Assembly: GCA_900314865.1 (NCBI GenBank)
Contig: OMWW01000004.1
Coordinates: forward strand, 1,749-65,748
Reading direction: 5' to 3'
DNA length: 64,000 bases
From: an uncultured Erysipelotrichaceae bacterium
GTDB taxonomy: Bacteria; Bacillota_I; Bacilli_A; RFN20; CAG-826
The translations under genes and the position numbers were made by a program. The notes below the pieces were generated by a model. That model had not been told where the DNA came from. It saw only the letters and a program-made list of their open reading frames with translations, and did not search any database. Within the stretch, counting starts at the first letter, position 1. Every line of letters starts with the position of its first letter. This document shows, in pieces, positions 40,634 through 50,075 of the stretch.

Positions 40634-42544
40634 ATGGAAATTAGAATTAAGAATTTAACAAAAATCTTCCCTGGCGATGCGAAGAAAAATATTCGTGACA
40701 CAATCGCTGTCAAAGATCTCGATTTCGTGGTTGATGATGGAACTTTAGTTGGTTTACTTGGTCCATCTGGCTGTGGTAAATCCACAACTCTTTACATGAT
40801 TTCAGGTCTTCAAACACCAACATCTGGTGAAGTTTGGTTTGGTGATCAAGAAGTTACTAACCTCTCCCCAGAAAAAAGAGGTATTGGCTTAGTCTTCCAA
40901 AACTACGCTCTTTACCCACACATGACCATCTATAAGAACATCGAGTTCCCTCTTACCAACTTAAAGGTTGAGATTCCTCTTGTTACTTTCTTCAATTTCA
41001 CACTTCATTACGAATATGAAATGAAAGAAAACGATGTTGTTGATGGAATCGAAAAGAGTGTTGTTTCTTTGTTAAAGAAAATTGGTCTTAGAAAGAAACA
41101 ATTTGAAACCAAGTTCCAAGATATGGGTGGAAAACTTGATATCTTAGTCCAGCTCAAGAACGTTTCCCCAGCAGTGAGAGATATGTTCAAAGGCAATATG
41201 GAACGTATTATTGAAGCACACCTTGTTGATGAAGAAGAAGTGCAAACTCAAGACGCTTTATATGATTCCACTGTTAGAGCCACTGTTACCAAGACTGGTG
41301 AAAATGAAGTTTTGGGTCTTACAATTAAAGGCCGCCTTCCTAAAGAATTCACAACCGAATTTTTAGATGAAACAATTACTAAATTTAAACATCTTTCTCA
41401 ACATTTTGGTAAACCAGGTGAAGTGGTTATTTCTAAATCACAACGTGGTTATGAATTAATGGGACGTGTCTCAAATGTTAATACTAAAAATCAAGAAGAA
41501 TTACTCAATTCCGTTTCTGCCGAATTAAAACTTGAAAATGCAGCTATTATTGTTAACTCTGCTAGAAATGATGAAATCAATAACGCAATTCGTTCTTTCT
41601 TAAAAGCAAAGAAAGTCGAATTTACCGATTATAAGCTTTATTTCGATAAAGTTCACACAAAGGTATATTTCAAATTAGTTAGAGTTAAAAGAGAAGACGC
41701 TGAAGGCGTTGTCGCTGAACTCGGTGAACTCCTCGGCTTTGAAGATGTCGAAGTTGATATCGCACAAGCTATCTCCCATCGTAAACTCACAAAAGAAGAG
41801 AGAAGAGATATCGTTTATGAAACCGCAAAACTCGTTCAAGTTGATGAATATTTAGAGAGAAAACCAAATCAACTCTCTGGTGGTCAACAACAACGTGTTG
41901 CTATTGCTCGTGCTCTTGTTAAACATCCACGTGTCTTATTATTAGATGAACCATTATCTAACTTAGACGCACGTTTACGTTTACAAACACGTGAAGAAAT
42001 CAGAAGAATTCAACAAGAAACAAAGATTACTTCTGTCTTCGTTACCCACGACCAAGAAGAAGCGATGTCTATTTCTGATCAAATCGTCGTTATGAAGTTA
42101 GGCGAAATGCAACAAATGGGACGTCCACAAGACGTTTACAATTCACCAGCTAACTTATTCGTCGCTCAATTCTTAGGAACCCCACCAATTAACGTCTTTA
42201 AAGGCAAAGTTGATGGTAAGAACGTCTATGTCGGTGAAGATCTTGTCCACGTTTTAGGCGAAGACCTCGGCAAGAGAGATGTTTGGGTTGCCATTAGACC
42301 AGAAGGATTCATTATCGCTAATGCCAAAGACAAGAATGTCTTACACGCCAACTGCGAAATGATTCAAGTTATGGGTCGTGACATTTCTGTTGTTGCCAAT
42401 AACGAATATTGTACAAAACCAACTTTCAAAGCAATCATTTCTGCTGATGATGAAGTCAAAGCAGGCCCTGTTGCTTTAAAAGTTAAACCTCATAAAATTT
42501 TCATCTTTGATGGTGAAACCGAAGAACGTATCTATACAAAGTAA
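40634..42544 (+). CDS. ABC transporter ATP-binding protein, MalK/UgpC type with C-terminal TOBE-like domain and a roughly 270-aa insertion in the helical subdomain
   Basis: Walker A GPSGCGKST; Q-loop VFQNYALYPHMT. The signature LSGGQQQRVAIARAL appears only at about aa 414, and Walker B LLLDEPLSNLD at about aa 436. Confidence 0.8.
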   Translation: MEIRIKNLTKIFPGDAKKNIRDTIAVKDLDFVVDDGTLVGLLGPSGCGKSTTLYMISGLQTPTSGEVWFGDQEVTNLSPEKRGIGLVFQNYALYPHMTIYKNIEFPLTNLKVEIPLVTFFNFTLHYEYEMKENDVVDGIEKSVVSLLKKIGLRKKQFETKFQDMGGKLDILVQLKNVSPAVRDMFKGNMERIIEAHLVDEEEVQTQDALYDSTVRATVTKTGENEVLGLTIKGRLPKEFTTEFLDETITKFKHLSQHFGKPGEVVISKSQRGYELMGRVSNVNTKNQEELLNSVSAELKLENAAIIVNSARNDEINNAIRSFLKAKKVEFTDYKLYFDKVHTKVYFKLVRVKREDAEGVVAELGELLGFEDVEVDIAQAISHRKLTKEERRDIVYETAKLVQVDEYLERKPNQLSGGQQQRVAIARALVKHPRVLLLDEPLSNLDARLRLQTREEIRRIQQETKITSVFVTHDQEEAMSISDQIVVMKLGEMQQMGRPQDVYNSPANLFVAQFLGTPPINVFKGKVDGKNVYVGEDLVHVLGEDLGKRDVWVAIRPEGFIIANAKDKNVLHANCEMIQVMGRDISVVANNEYCTKPTFKAIISADDEVKAGPVALKVKPHKIFIFDGETEERIYTK

Positions 42545-42562
42545 CTAAAGGAGGCTAAGTAA

Positions 42563-43675
42563 ATGTGGAATAAAATCCTACAATTCTTGCATATCAAAAA
42601 GAAGCCTCAACTACAAGCGGCTGGTGGCCCTGCTTTAATGACCGCAGAACCAGAAGTTCGCCCAGATTACGACGAAGGATACAACAAAGAGACAAATACG
42701 ATTATTCGTCTAGTGTCTCCAAAGAAAAAGAATCCTAAAGTCTATCAAGTTACTGGTATTGATGATGTTGCAAGTAAAAACAACTGGAAAGCTTGGTTAT
42801 ATTTAGCACCTGTTATCGTTTTGATATCAGTCTTCTTGCTTTATCCTCTTGTAAATACAATTTTCATCTCTTTTGCAGAGAACTATGAATATTCAACCGG
42901 AAAATTCACTGGTATTACCTTAAAGAACTTTGGTGAAATCTTTGGTTGGACAGAAATTAATGGTGTTAAGGAAGAGTTCTTTACTAAGTATGCTATTCCT
43001 AATACATTCATTATTACATTTGTAACCGTTCCTGTTTCTATTTTGTTAGCGCTTATTATTTCCGTTGCTTTAAATAGCATCAAATGGTTCCAAAAAATCT
43101 TACAAACAACATTCTTCCTCCCTTACGTTACTAACGCAATGGCGGTTGGTCTTGTTTTCTCAGTCTTATTTAATAAGACAGGTATTATTAATTATCTTTT
43201 TGGCACTGATATTAAATGGGTTTATGGTGCGGAACGTTGGACCGCTATGATTCCTCTATGCTTATACATCGTTTGGAACAGCATTCCATTTAAGATTTTA
43301 ATTTTCTTAAGTGGTTTACAAGGTATCGATAAGCAATATTATCAAGCAGCCCAAATCGATTCTTGCCCAAAATGGAAAGTTCTCACAAAGATTACTGTTC
43401 CATTACTTTCACCGCAAATCTTATACATTATGATTACAAGCTTTATCGGTTCGTTTAAGGAATACACCTCAGTTGTTTCTATCTTTGGTGGTCCTGGAAC
43501 GATGGGTAAGGCTTCAACCGATAAGAATATGGAAACCATAGTCTTCTATGTCTACGATAACGTCGAACTCGGAAAGACATCTCGAGCCGCTGCTGCAGGT
43601 GTTTTCCTCTTCGTAGTTATCTTGATATTCACCTTTATTCAAATGAAGGTATCGAAGACTAGGGTGCATTATTAG
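42563..43675 (+). CDS. ABC transporter permease (MalF/UgpA-like) with N-terminal cytoplasmic extension
   Basis: 6 TM; EAA-like loop region; RBS AAAGGAGG. Confidence 0.75.
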   Translation: MWNKILQFLHIKKKPQLQAAGGPALMTAEPEVRPDYDEGYNKETNTIIRLVSPKKKNPKVYQVTGIDDVASKNNWKAWLYLAPVIVLISVFLLYPLVNTIFISFAENYEYSTGKFTGITLKNFGEIFGWTEINGVKEEFFTKYAIPNTFIITFVTVPVSILLALIISVALNSIKWFQKILQTTFFLPYVTNAMAVGLVFSVLFNKTGIINYLFGTDIKWVYGAERWTAMIPLCLYIVWNSIPFKILIFLSGLQGIDKQYYQAAQIDSCPKWKVLTKITVPLLSPQILYIMITSFIGSFKEYTSVVSIFGGPGTMGKASTDKNMETIVFYVYDNVELGKTSRAAAAGVFLFVVILIFTFIQMKVSKTRVHY

Positions 43676-43690
43676 TAGGAGGCGATATTA

Positions 43691-44659
43691 ATGGAAAACG
43701 TTAGAAAATATATCAATTTTAAAGACGTAAAAGTTAATAACAATATCGTCCTATCTATTGAAGAAGCCAGCAAATCCGCTGAAGCGATTAAAAAGACAGA
43801 GCGTGTATTCAAAATTATTACAACAATTTTGACTTATGCATTTATTCTTGCTTTGGCTATAACTGTCTTATTCCCATTCTATTGGATGATTATCACTTCT
43901 TTAAAACAAAGAGCTGAAATTATTCAACAAAAACAAACTTTCTTCCCATCAATTGTTATGTGGTCAAACTACATGTATGTTTTCGAGGTCTTTGACTTCA
44001 CAACATATATGAAGAACACAATTATCGTTGCTATTTTCTCGACTGCTGGTACGTTGCTTACAACTATTTTTGCAGCTTTCGCATTTGCAAGGCTCAAATT
44101 TAGAGGTAATAGCACTGTCTTTGCAATCTTCTTGATGACGATGATGATTCCTGGTGAAATGATGGTTATTTCCAATTACATCACCGTTAACTCTTTTGGG
44201 TGGATTAGCAATCAAACCGCAATCAAGGCGTATCTTGCAATGATTGTTCCGTTCATGGTAAGTGTCTTCCACATCTACTTGCTGCGTCAGAATTTCAAAC
44301 AAATTCCTAACGAATTATATTTAGCAGCTAAAGTTGACGGAAAGAGTGACTGGGACTTCTTATGGAAAGTCATGGTTCCTCTTGCAGCACCTACCTTAAT
44401 TTCCATCACAATTCTTAAATTTATGGGAACATGGAACTCCTATGTTTGGCCAAACTTGGTTACCAAAGAAGAAGAGTACAAACTCATTTCTAACGGATTA
44501 CGTGGTAGTGGATTCACTAACCCTGACGATCCAACAATGATTGAGTATGGTTATCAAATGGCAGCCTCTGTTTGTGTTACCGTCCCATTATTCCTCTTAT
44601 TCGTCTTCTTCCGTAAATACATTATGAAGGGTGTCGGAAGAGCCGGTATTAAAGGTTAA
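43691..44659 (+). CDS. ABC transporter permease (MalG/UgpE-like)
   Basis: 6 TM; conserved EAA loop (LAAKVDGKSDWDFLWKVMVPLAAP); RBS AGGAGG. Confidence 0.75.
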   Translation: MENVRKYINFKDVKVNNNIVLSIEEASKSAEAIKKTERVFKIITTILTYAFILALAITVLFPFYWMIITSLKQRAEIIQQKQTFFPSIVMWSNYMYVFEVFDFTTYMKNTIIVAIFSTAGTLLTTIFAAFAFARLKFRGNSTVFAIFLMTMMIPGEMMVISNYITVNSFGWISNQTAIKAYLAMIVPFMVSVFHIYLLRQNFKQIPNELYLAAKVDGKSDWDFLWKVMVPLAAPTLISITILKFMGTWNSYVWPNLVTKEEEYKLISNGLRGSGFTNPDDPTMIEYGYQMAASVCVTVPLFLLFVFFRKYIMKGVGRAGIKG

Positions 44660-44703
44660 TCAAAGGTTAGTAGATTATTATAAAGATATAAGGAGACAAA
44701 TCT

Positions 44704-46239
44704 ATGAAAAGAAAAAACTTATTTATTCTTCCTCTAGCAATGTTTGGAGTTTTATGCTCCGTATCTTGTGGTGGTACAAAAGATACAACAGTGCCAGATT
44801 CCGATCCTGTCGTCAATCCTGATGATGAAATGACTGCAGACCCATTAGAAGGAAAAAACGTTACTATTCGTTTTGATAGTCAATGGGGACAATCAATGAA
44901 CAACTTATTTCATAGTTGGGCAAGCGAATTCATGAAGCTTCATCCTAGCGTCACTGTTGAAGTTAACAAAATTCAAGGCGATTATAATGGTGTCAAAGAT
45001 AAAGAAATTTCTGATATTTCCGCCGGTTACAATCAATGGGGAGATATAGTTTCTTGTTATCCAGACCATTGTGTTGAATACATTGCCACAGGTAGATGTG
45101 TTGATTTAATGAAATTTGTTGATAATGATGATCCTAATATTGCATTAGGACCAAACAGCAGAAAAGACCTAACTGGTGCGGCTAAAAAATACTTTGAAAT
45201 TAAGTATAATGACTTTGGCATGTACTGTGCTCCATTTGCGGTCTCTACTGAATTTATGATGTATAACAAAGAATTGTTAACATGGACAATCCCAGGAGTT
45301 AACAATGACGAAAGAATTACCGAAGATTATCTTAATGATATGACTTGGGAAGAGTTCTTTACTGTTTTCTGCCCTAATTTCATGAAAGAAAACGCTAGAA
45401 GACCAAAAGAACAACAATTGTTAATTACTGATGACGGTGAATATTCTGTTCTTGGCTACGATTCTGATGATAATGCATTTATCTCATTATTAGAGCAATA
45501 TGGTTACCCATATACTTCAGTTAACGATGTTCGTGAAGGTAGTATTGACTTCAACACACCTGAAGCAAGACAACTTGTAAAGAATTGGAACCATTATAGA
45601 AACATGAATTATGTAATTACAGAAGGCACAAACGAAAAAGTTAAACCATCAAACGGTATGTTCGCTAGTAAAAAATGCTTATTTGCTATCGGTTCAACTG
45701 GTGGTATTAACTATGCTTCATCTGCATTAGATAATTCTGGATTAGACATCAAAGTTGGTGCTCTTTCAATTCCTCACGCTGAAGGCCATAGACCAGCTAT
45801 CGTGCTTCAAGGTGGATCCTTATGTATCCTTTCTCATACAACAGAAGATGATGCTGATAGACAATTAGCTGCGTGGATGTTCTATAAATACATTACACAA
45901 CAAAAGAACTGTATCCGTTGGGGAAGTTCAACTGGTTATGCTCCTATTAGAAAGTCTGTTTATGCAACTAGTGCTTGGAACCAAATTACAAAATTAACAG
46001 ACGATCAAGGCAACGACAAAGTTGGTATTAGTTTATTAACTGCTTTATCTAGTAGATATGTTCAATTACACTCCGACGAAATGTTCTTAAACGAAGTATT
46101 CACAGGTTCTAGTGTTTGTAGACAAGAAGTTGGCAGCTTATTTAAATTATTGCTCGGCAAGAAAGAAGCCGAATGCACTGATGACTATATTGCTGCTCAA
46201 TTTGAACAAACTGTGAAAAACATCAAGTTAGTTATGTAA
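44704..46239 (+). CDS. Lipoprotein, probable extracellular solute-binding protein of the adjacent ABC system (paralog 1)
   Basis: Lipobox LCSVSCGG; shares motifs KKCLFAIGSTGG and WMFYKYIT with the next gene. Confidence 0.5.
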   Translation: MKRKNLFILPLAMFGVLCSVSCGGTKDTTVPDSDPVVNPDDEMTADPLEGKNVTIRFDSQWGQSMNNLFHSWASEFMKLHPSVTVEVNKIQGDYNGVKDKEISDISAGYNQWGDIVSCYPDHCVEYIATGRCVDLMKFVDNDDPNIALGPNSRKDLTGAAKKYFEIKYNDFGMYCAPFAVSTEFMMYNKELLTWTIPGVNNDERITEDYLNDMTWEEFFTVFCPNFMKENARRPKEQQLLITDDGEYSVLGYDSDDNAFISLLEQYGYPYTSVNDVREGSIDFNTPEARQLVKNWNHYRNMNYVITEGTNEKVKPSNGMFASKKCLFAIGSTGGINYASSALDNSGLDIKVGALSIPHAEGHRPAIVLQGGSLCILSHTTEDDADRQLAAWMFYKYITQQKNCIRWGSSTGYAPIRKSVYATSAWNQITKLTDDQGNDKVGISLLTALSSRYVQLHSDEMFLNEVFTGSSVCRQEVGSLFKLLLGKKEAECTDDYIAAQFEQTVKNIKLVM

Positions 46240-46269
46240 CCAATTATTAAATATATAAGGAGAACAATT

Positions 46270-47775
46270 ATGAAAAACAAAGCTCTTAAATTATCTACAT
46301 TACTTGTCGCTATTGCATCCATGGGATTGGTTTCTTGTGGCGATAAAAGTGAAGCATCTTCTAGTGAAACTGTTGATCCATCTTCAACGTACGCCAAGGT
46401 AGAAGTTCCTGAAGGAATTACTCCTCAAGTTACTTTCTGGCACACATTTGGCCATAATATTGAAGCCGCTATCAAACAATTTGGTGCAAACTTTAAAGCT
46501 ATGGTTAAACAAAAAGAAGGAATTGATGTTGAAATGAAATTCTTCCAATATGGAGGATACAACGACACCATCAATATCGTTGGCTCTAACTTGGCAATTG
46601 GCAAAGGTCCAACCATGGCGGTTGCTTACCCAGATTCTATTGCCACCTTAATGGTTCAATATGATAAGAATATCAATATGGATCCATATATTAACCATGA
46701 AGTATACGGACTTGGTAGTGATGGCTATTTAGGTGACACCATTAAAGGTGAATCTGATTTTATCAGTTCTTATCTTGAGGAAGGACGTCAATTTAATGTT
46801 TCTGGAACGTATGTTCTTCCATATATGAAATCATCTGAAGTTATGTTGTATAACTTAGATGCTCTTAAAACTATTATTCCTGATTATAATTCCGATGTAA
46901 CTGAAGGCATGGTTCAAGATTATTTATCTGACATTACTTTTGATGAATTAATGTCAATCGCTGACTATATCGTGAAAAATAAAGCAAAATATGGTTTTGA
47001 TGATTTAGAATATCCTGTTTATTATGATTCAGATTCCAATATGCTCATTTCTCATCTTGAACAAAAGAAATTGAAATTTGCTACTAGAGGTGAAAACGAT
47101 TCTGTTATTTTAAATCTCGATTCAGAAGCAGACCCAGAGAATTACGCTGCTGCATACGACATTTTAGATACTTATAGAACCTGGCATAAAAATGGTTTAA
47201 TCACCACTAAGGGTGTTGAGAACGCCTATTCGTCTGATTATTTCAAAAATAAGAAATGCTTATTTGCCATTGGATCTTCAGGTGGATCTGGATATACATT
47301 CCCTGACGAATTTGCTCTTGGTGTTGCAAAACCTCCATATGCTGGAGACAGAAGAGATGCCAAATACATTTCTCAAGGTCCAAGTATTGCCTTCTTCAAT
47401 AGCAAAGGCGTTTCTGATGAACAAAATTACTATAATTCTGTGTATTCTTGGAAATTCTATAAATATATTACAAATACAGTTAACAACGTTAAAACTTGTG
47501 TTAACAACTCAGAAGGCTATGTTCCAGTTAAAAAATCATGTTACAAATCTGGACCATGGCAAACTTATCTTGCTGACAAAGACAATAACTATGTTAAAGT
47601 TGCAAAAGTCATTCGTAATGACATCGAAGATAACTTCATTACTTCATTAGTCTTTAATGGAAGTGCAACCTATCGTACTGAAGCAACTGCTTTAGTTGCT
47701 AACGTCCTTTCTACTGATACTGACATTGCATCATTAATCGCAACCGCTGTATCAAAAACTAAATTAGCGATGTAA
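46270..47775 (+). CDS. Lipoprotein, probable extracellular solute-binding protein (paralog 2)
   Basis: Lipobox GLVSCGD; KKCLFAIGSSGG, WKFYKYIT motifs. Confidence 0.5.
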   Translation: MKNKALKLSTLLVAIASMGLVSCGDKSEASSSETVDPSSTYAKVEVPEGITPQVTFWHTFGHNIEAAIKQFGANFKAMVKQKEGIDVEMKFFQYGGYNDTINIVGSNLAIGKGPTMAVAYPDSIATLMVQYDKNINMDPYINHEVYGLGSDGYLGDTIKGESDFISSYLEEGRQFNVSGTYVLPYMKSSEVMLYNLDALKTIIPDYNSDVTEGMVQDYLSDITFDELMSIADYIVKNKAKYGFDDLEYPVYYDSDSNMLISHLEQKKLKFATRGENDSVILNLDSEADPENYAAAYDILDTYRTWHKNGLITTKGVENAYSSDYFKNKKCLFAIGSSGGSGYTFPDEFALGVAKPPYAGDRRDAKYISQGPSIAFFNSKGVSDEQNYYNSVYSWKFYKYITNTVNNVKTCVNNSEGYVPVKKSCYKSGPWQTYLADKDNNYVKVAKVIRNDIEDNFITSLVFNGSATYRTEATALVANVLSTDTDIASLIATAVSKTKLAM

Positions 47776-47794
47776 TTCATAAGGAGGAGGTATT

Positions 47795-49534
47795 ATGAAA
47801 AACAAACTTTGTAAAGCTTTGGTTGCCTCTGCGTTAATTGCCTTTGGAACTGGTCTAGCCAGTTGTGGAGGTAATAGCGGCGGAAACAACTCACCTTCCG
47901 ATCCAACTCCAGCAGTTTTGGAACCTGCTTTATCTACTGATAGCATTGTTTTAACTCAAGGAACAAACGATACTGTTTCCTTAAACAACGTTGATAAAGA
48001 ATTAGAATTCAGTTGGGTTTCAAGCGACCCAGATATTGCTAGAGTGACATTCCGTAAGAATATGGCGATGATTTCTGGCGATAATCCTGGTGAAGCTGTC
48101 GTTACAGCGACCGTCACTTATGCGGATGGTTCATCTGTTTCAAAGAGTCTTCAAGTTGTTGTTAATGAGCTGGTCCATGTTGAAGTTCCTTTAACAGATC
48201 CTCATCCAGATGGATTTGTAGAATATGTTAATGATCTTCATTTAGCTTTAGATTACAAGGAAAAAGACTTCTTTGTTGATGGCGTTGGTGAATTTGATCT
48301 TTGGATGGCGATTGATGGGGATACCGCCCACTTCACACCAAAAGTCACAAAAACATCTAGAGAGACTGTTAAGGCTAGATTTTATGGCATTGATACCCCT
48401 GAATCTACTGGTAACATTCAACCTTATGGAAAACAAGCCAGTAATTTCACTAAGGATAAGTTAATGAACGCAAAAGAACACGGAACAATTGTTCTTGCTG
48501 GTGTTAGTAGTGAATATGGAAAACCAACAACTGACGCTAATGGTCGTTATTTATGTTGTGTTTGGATTCACGAAACAAAGAAAAATGCATCATTTGATGA
48601 ATTGGTTAACCTTAATCTTTGGATTATTCAAGAAGGTTATTCTAATCCAGGAAGCACAGATAAAATGCCAGACTATTCTCAAACATTTGTTAATGCTTTC
48701 AACCAAGCGGTTCAATGCGAATTAAAAATGCATTCTGGAAAAGAAGATCCATTATTCCCAAAAGAAGCATATAGAACTTCGATTCCTGACATCATGAAAC
48801 AAGTTAACTCTTATTTAAATGGCGAAACTGATTTAGACCCATTTGCGGTTGGAATTAACTACATTTTTAAAGGCACTGTTTCTGGTTTCTCTAATAATAC
48901 ATTATTCTTACAAGCGTACGACTTTATTGAAGATAGATATTATGGAATTAACTGTTTCTGTGGCATGTCTGCAATCAATGAAATGTATAAAATTCCTGGT
49001 ACTTTATTAGAAGTAACTGGTACAGCCCAAAATAGTGAAAACTTCGGTTTCCAAATAACTGGCTTGGCCGGCAATTTCCCTGCTCTTCCAGAATTTGCTG
49101 ATGATGACGATGTTAAGATTCTATTAAAAGCTGAAGAAAACACAAACGATGATACAAAACTTGTCAAATTCCCAATGACCGCTAAAGAATTAAATGATGC
49201 AGTTACTAAGAAGAGCACAAGATTTGAGTACTTAAATAACTGCGTTTGTTTAACCGATAACCTTGTTGTCAATTATTTCAAACCAAATGCTGATGAAAAC
49301 AAATTCACAGTTGGATTTGAAGGTGTTGAATTCGATGTCTATTTAGGTGGTTCTTATGCTGGTGATCCAGATAATCCAAATACAGTTTGGAACAAAGAGT
49401 CTCAATGGAAAGGCAAGACGATGTCTATTAAAGTGGGATTGTTGACTTATCACACTCTTCAAAGCACTGGTGAAATTCGTTTCCAATTAGTTATTCCACC
49501 AGAATTAAAGAATAATCTTGTCTGGGTCAAATAA
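47795..49534 (+). CDS. Membrane-anchored lipoprotein nuclease: Big_2 domain, staphylococcal-nuclease (SNase/thermonuclease)-like domain and a C-terminal domain of unknown function
   Basis: Lipobox GLASCGG; Big_2 (VSSDPDIARVTF...GEAVVTATVT); SNase active-site region ARFYGIDTPESTGN at nt about 48378-48420. Confidence 0.6.
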   Translation: MKNKLCKALVASALIAFGTGLASCGGNSGGNNSPSDPTPAVLEPALSTDSIVLTQGTNDTVSLNNVDKELEFSWVSSDPDIARVTFRKNMAMISGDNPGEAVVTATVTYADGSSVSKSLQVVVNELVHVEVPLTDPHPDGFVEYVNDLHLALDYKEKDFFVDGVGEFDLWMAIDGDTAHFTPKVTKTSRETVKARFYGIDTPESTGNIQPYGKQASNFTKDKLMNAKEHGTIVLAGVSSEYGKPTTDANGRYLCCVWIHETKKNASFDELVNLNLWIIQEGYSNPGSTDKMPDYSQTFVNAFNQAVQCELKMHSGKEDPLFPKEAYRTSIPDIMKQVNSYLNGETDLDPFAVGINYIFKGTVSGFSNNTLFLQAYDFIEDRYYGINCFCGMSAINEMYKIPGTLLEVTGTAQNSENFGFQITGLAGNFPALPEFADDDDVKILLKAEENTNDDTKLVKFPMTAKELNDAVTKKSTRFEYLNNCVCLTDNLVVNYFKPNADENKFTVGFEGVEFDVYLGGSYAGDPDNPNTVWNKESQWKGKTMSIKVGLLTYHTLQSTGEIRFQLVIPPELKNNLVWVK

Positions 49535-49543
49535 GGAGGTTAT

Positions 49544-50020
49544 ATGTATTGCTATCATTGTGGTTACAAAATTAATGAAGAAGCAATTGAAGCAAAGTCT
49601 TCAACAAGACAAAAATACGCTGAAGATGCCTCTATAGATGCTGATGTTCAATATGTTTGCCCACGTTGTGGACATTTGATTCATCATGGCTATAAAAAAG
49701 AAGATTTAAAATCTTTATCTGCAGCATGCCATGCAGAATTGCAAAGAGGAAGAAATGATTTTGCTAGAGGAATGTCTTCTGCATCCATTGCGATCATTTT
49801 AGGAATTACAGGGTTCATTTTCCTCTTGCTTTCAAGAAAACCCGATAATTTATATCGTGTTACCTCATCCTGTCCTGAGTTCTGGATTTTCATCGTACTC
49901 AGTGTTATCGCTGTTATCCTTTTAGTCACCGGAGTATTCCTTGTTTTTAAGGGTGTTCTTAGAAAATCGAAATACACCGTACTATTAAAAGATATTAACA
50001 CCGAGACATTCGTTCAATAA
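49544..50020 (+). CDS. Zinc-ribbon (CxxC...CxxC) membrane protein with 2 TM; unknown function
   Basis: YCYHCGYKI...CPRCGHLIH then two hydrophobic helices; RBS AAGGAGG. Confidence 0.4.
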   Translation: MYCYHCGYKINEEAIEAKSSTRQKYAEDASIDADVQYVCPRCGHLIHHGYKKEDLKSLSAACHAELQRGRNDFARGMSSASIAIILGITGFIFLLLSRKPDNLYRVTSSCPEFWIFIVLSVIAVILLVTGVFLVFKGVLRKSKYTVLLKDINTETFVQ

Positions 50021-50075
50021 TGTCCCATAGAATGTCTCATAATCCAAATTCATTAATCTAAAAAAGGAGGAAAGT

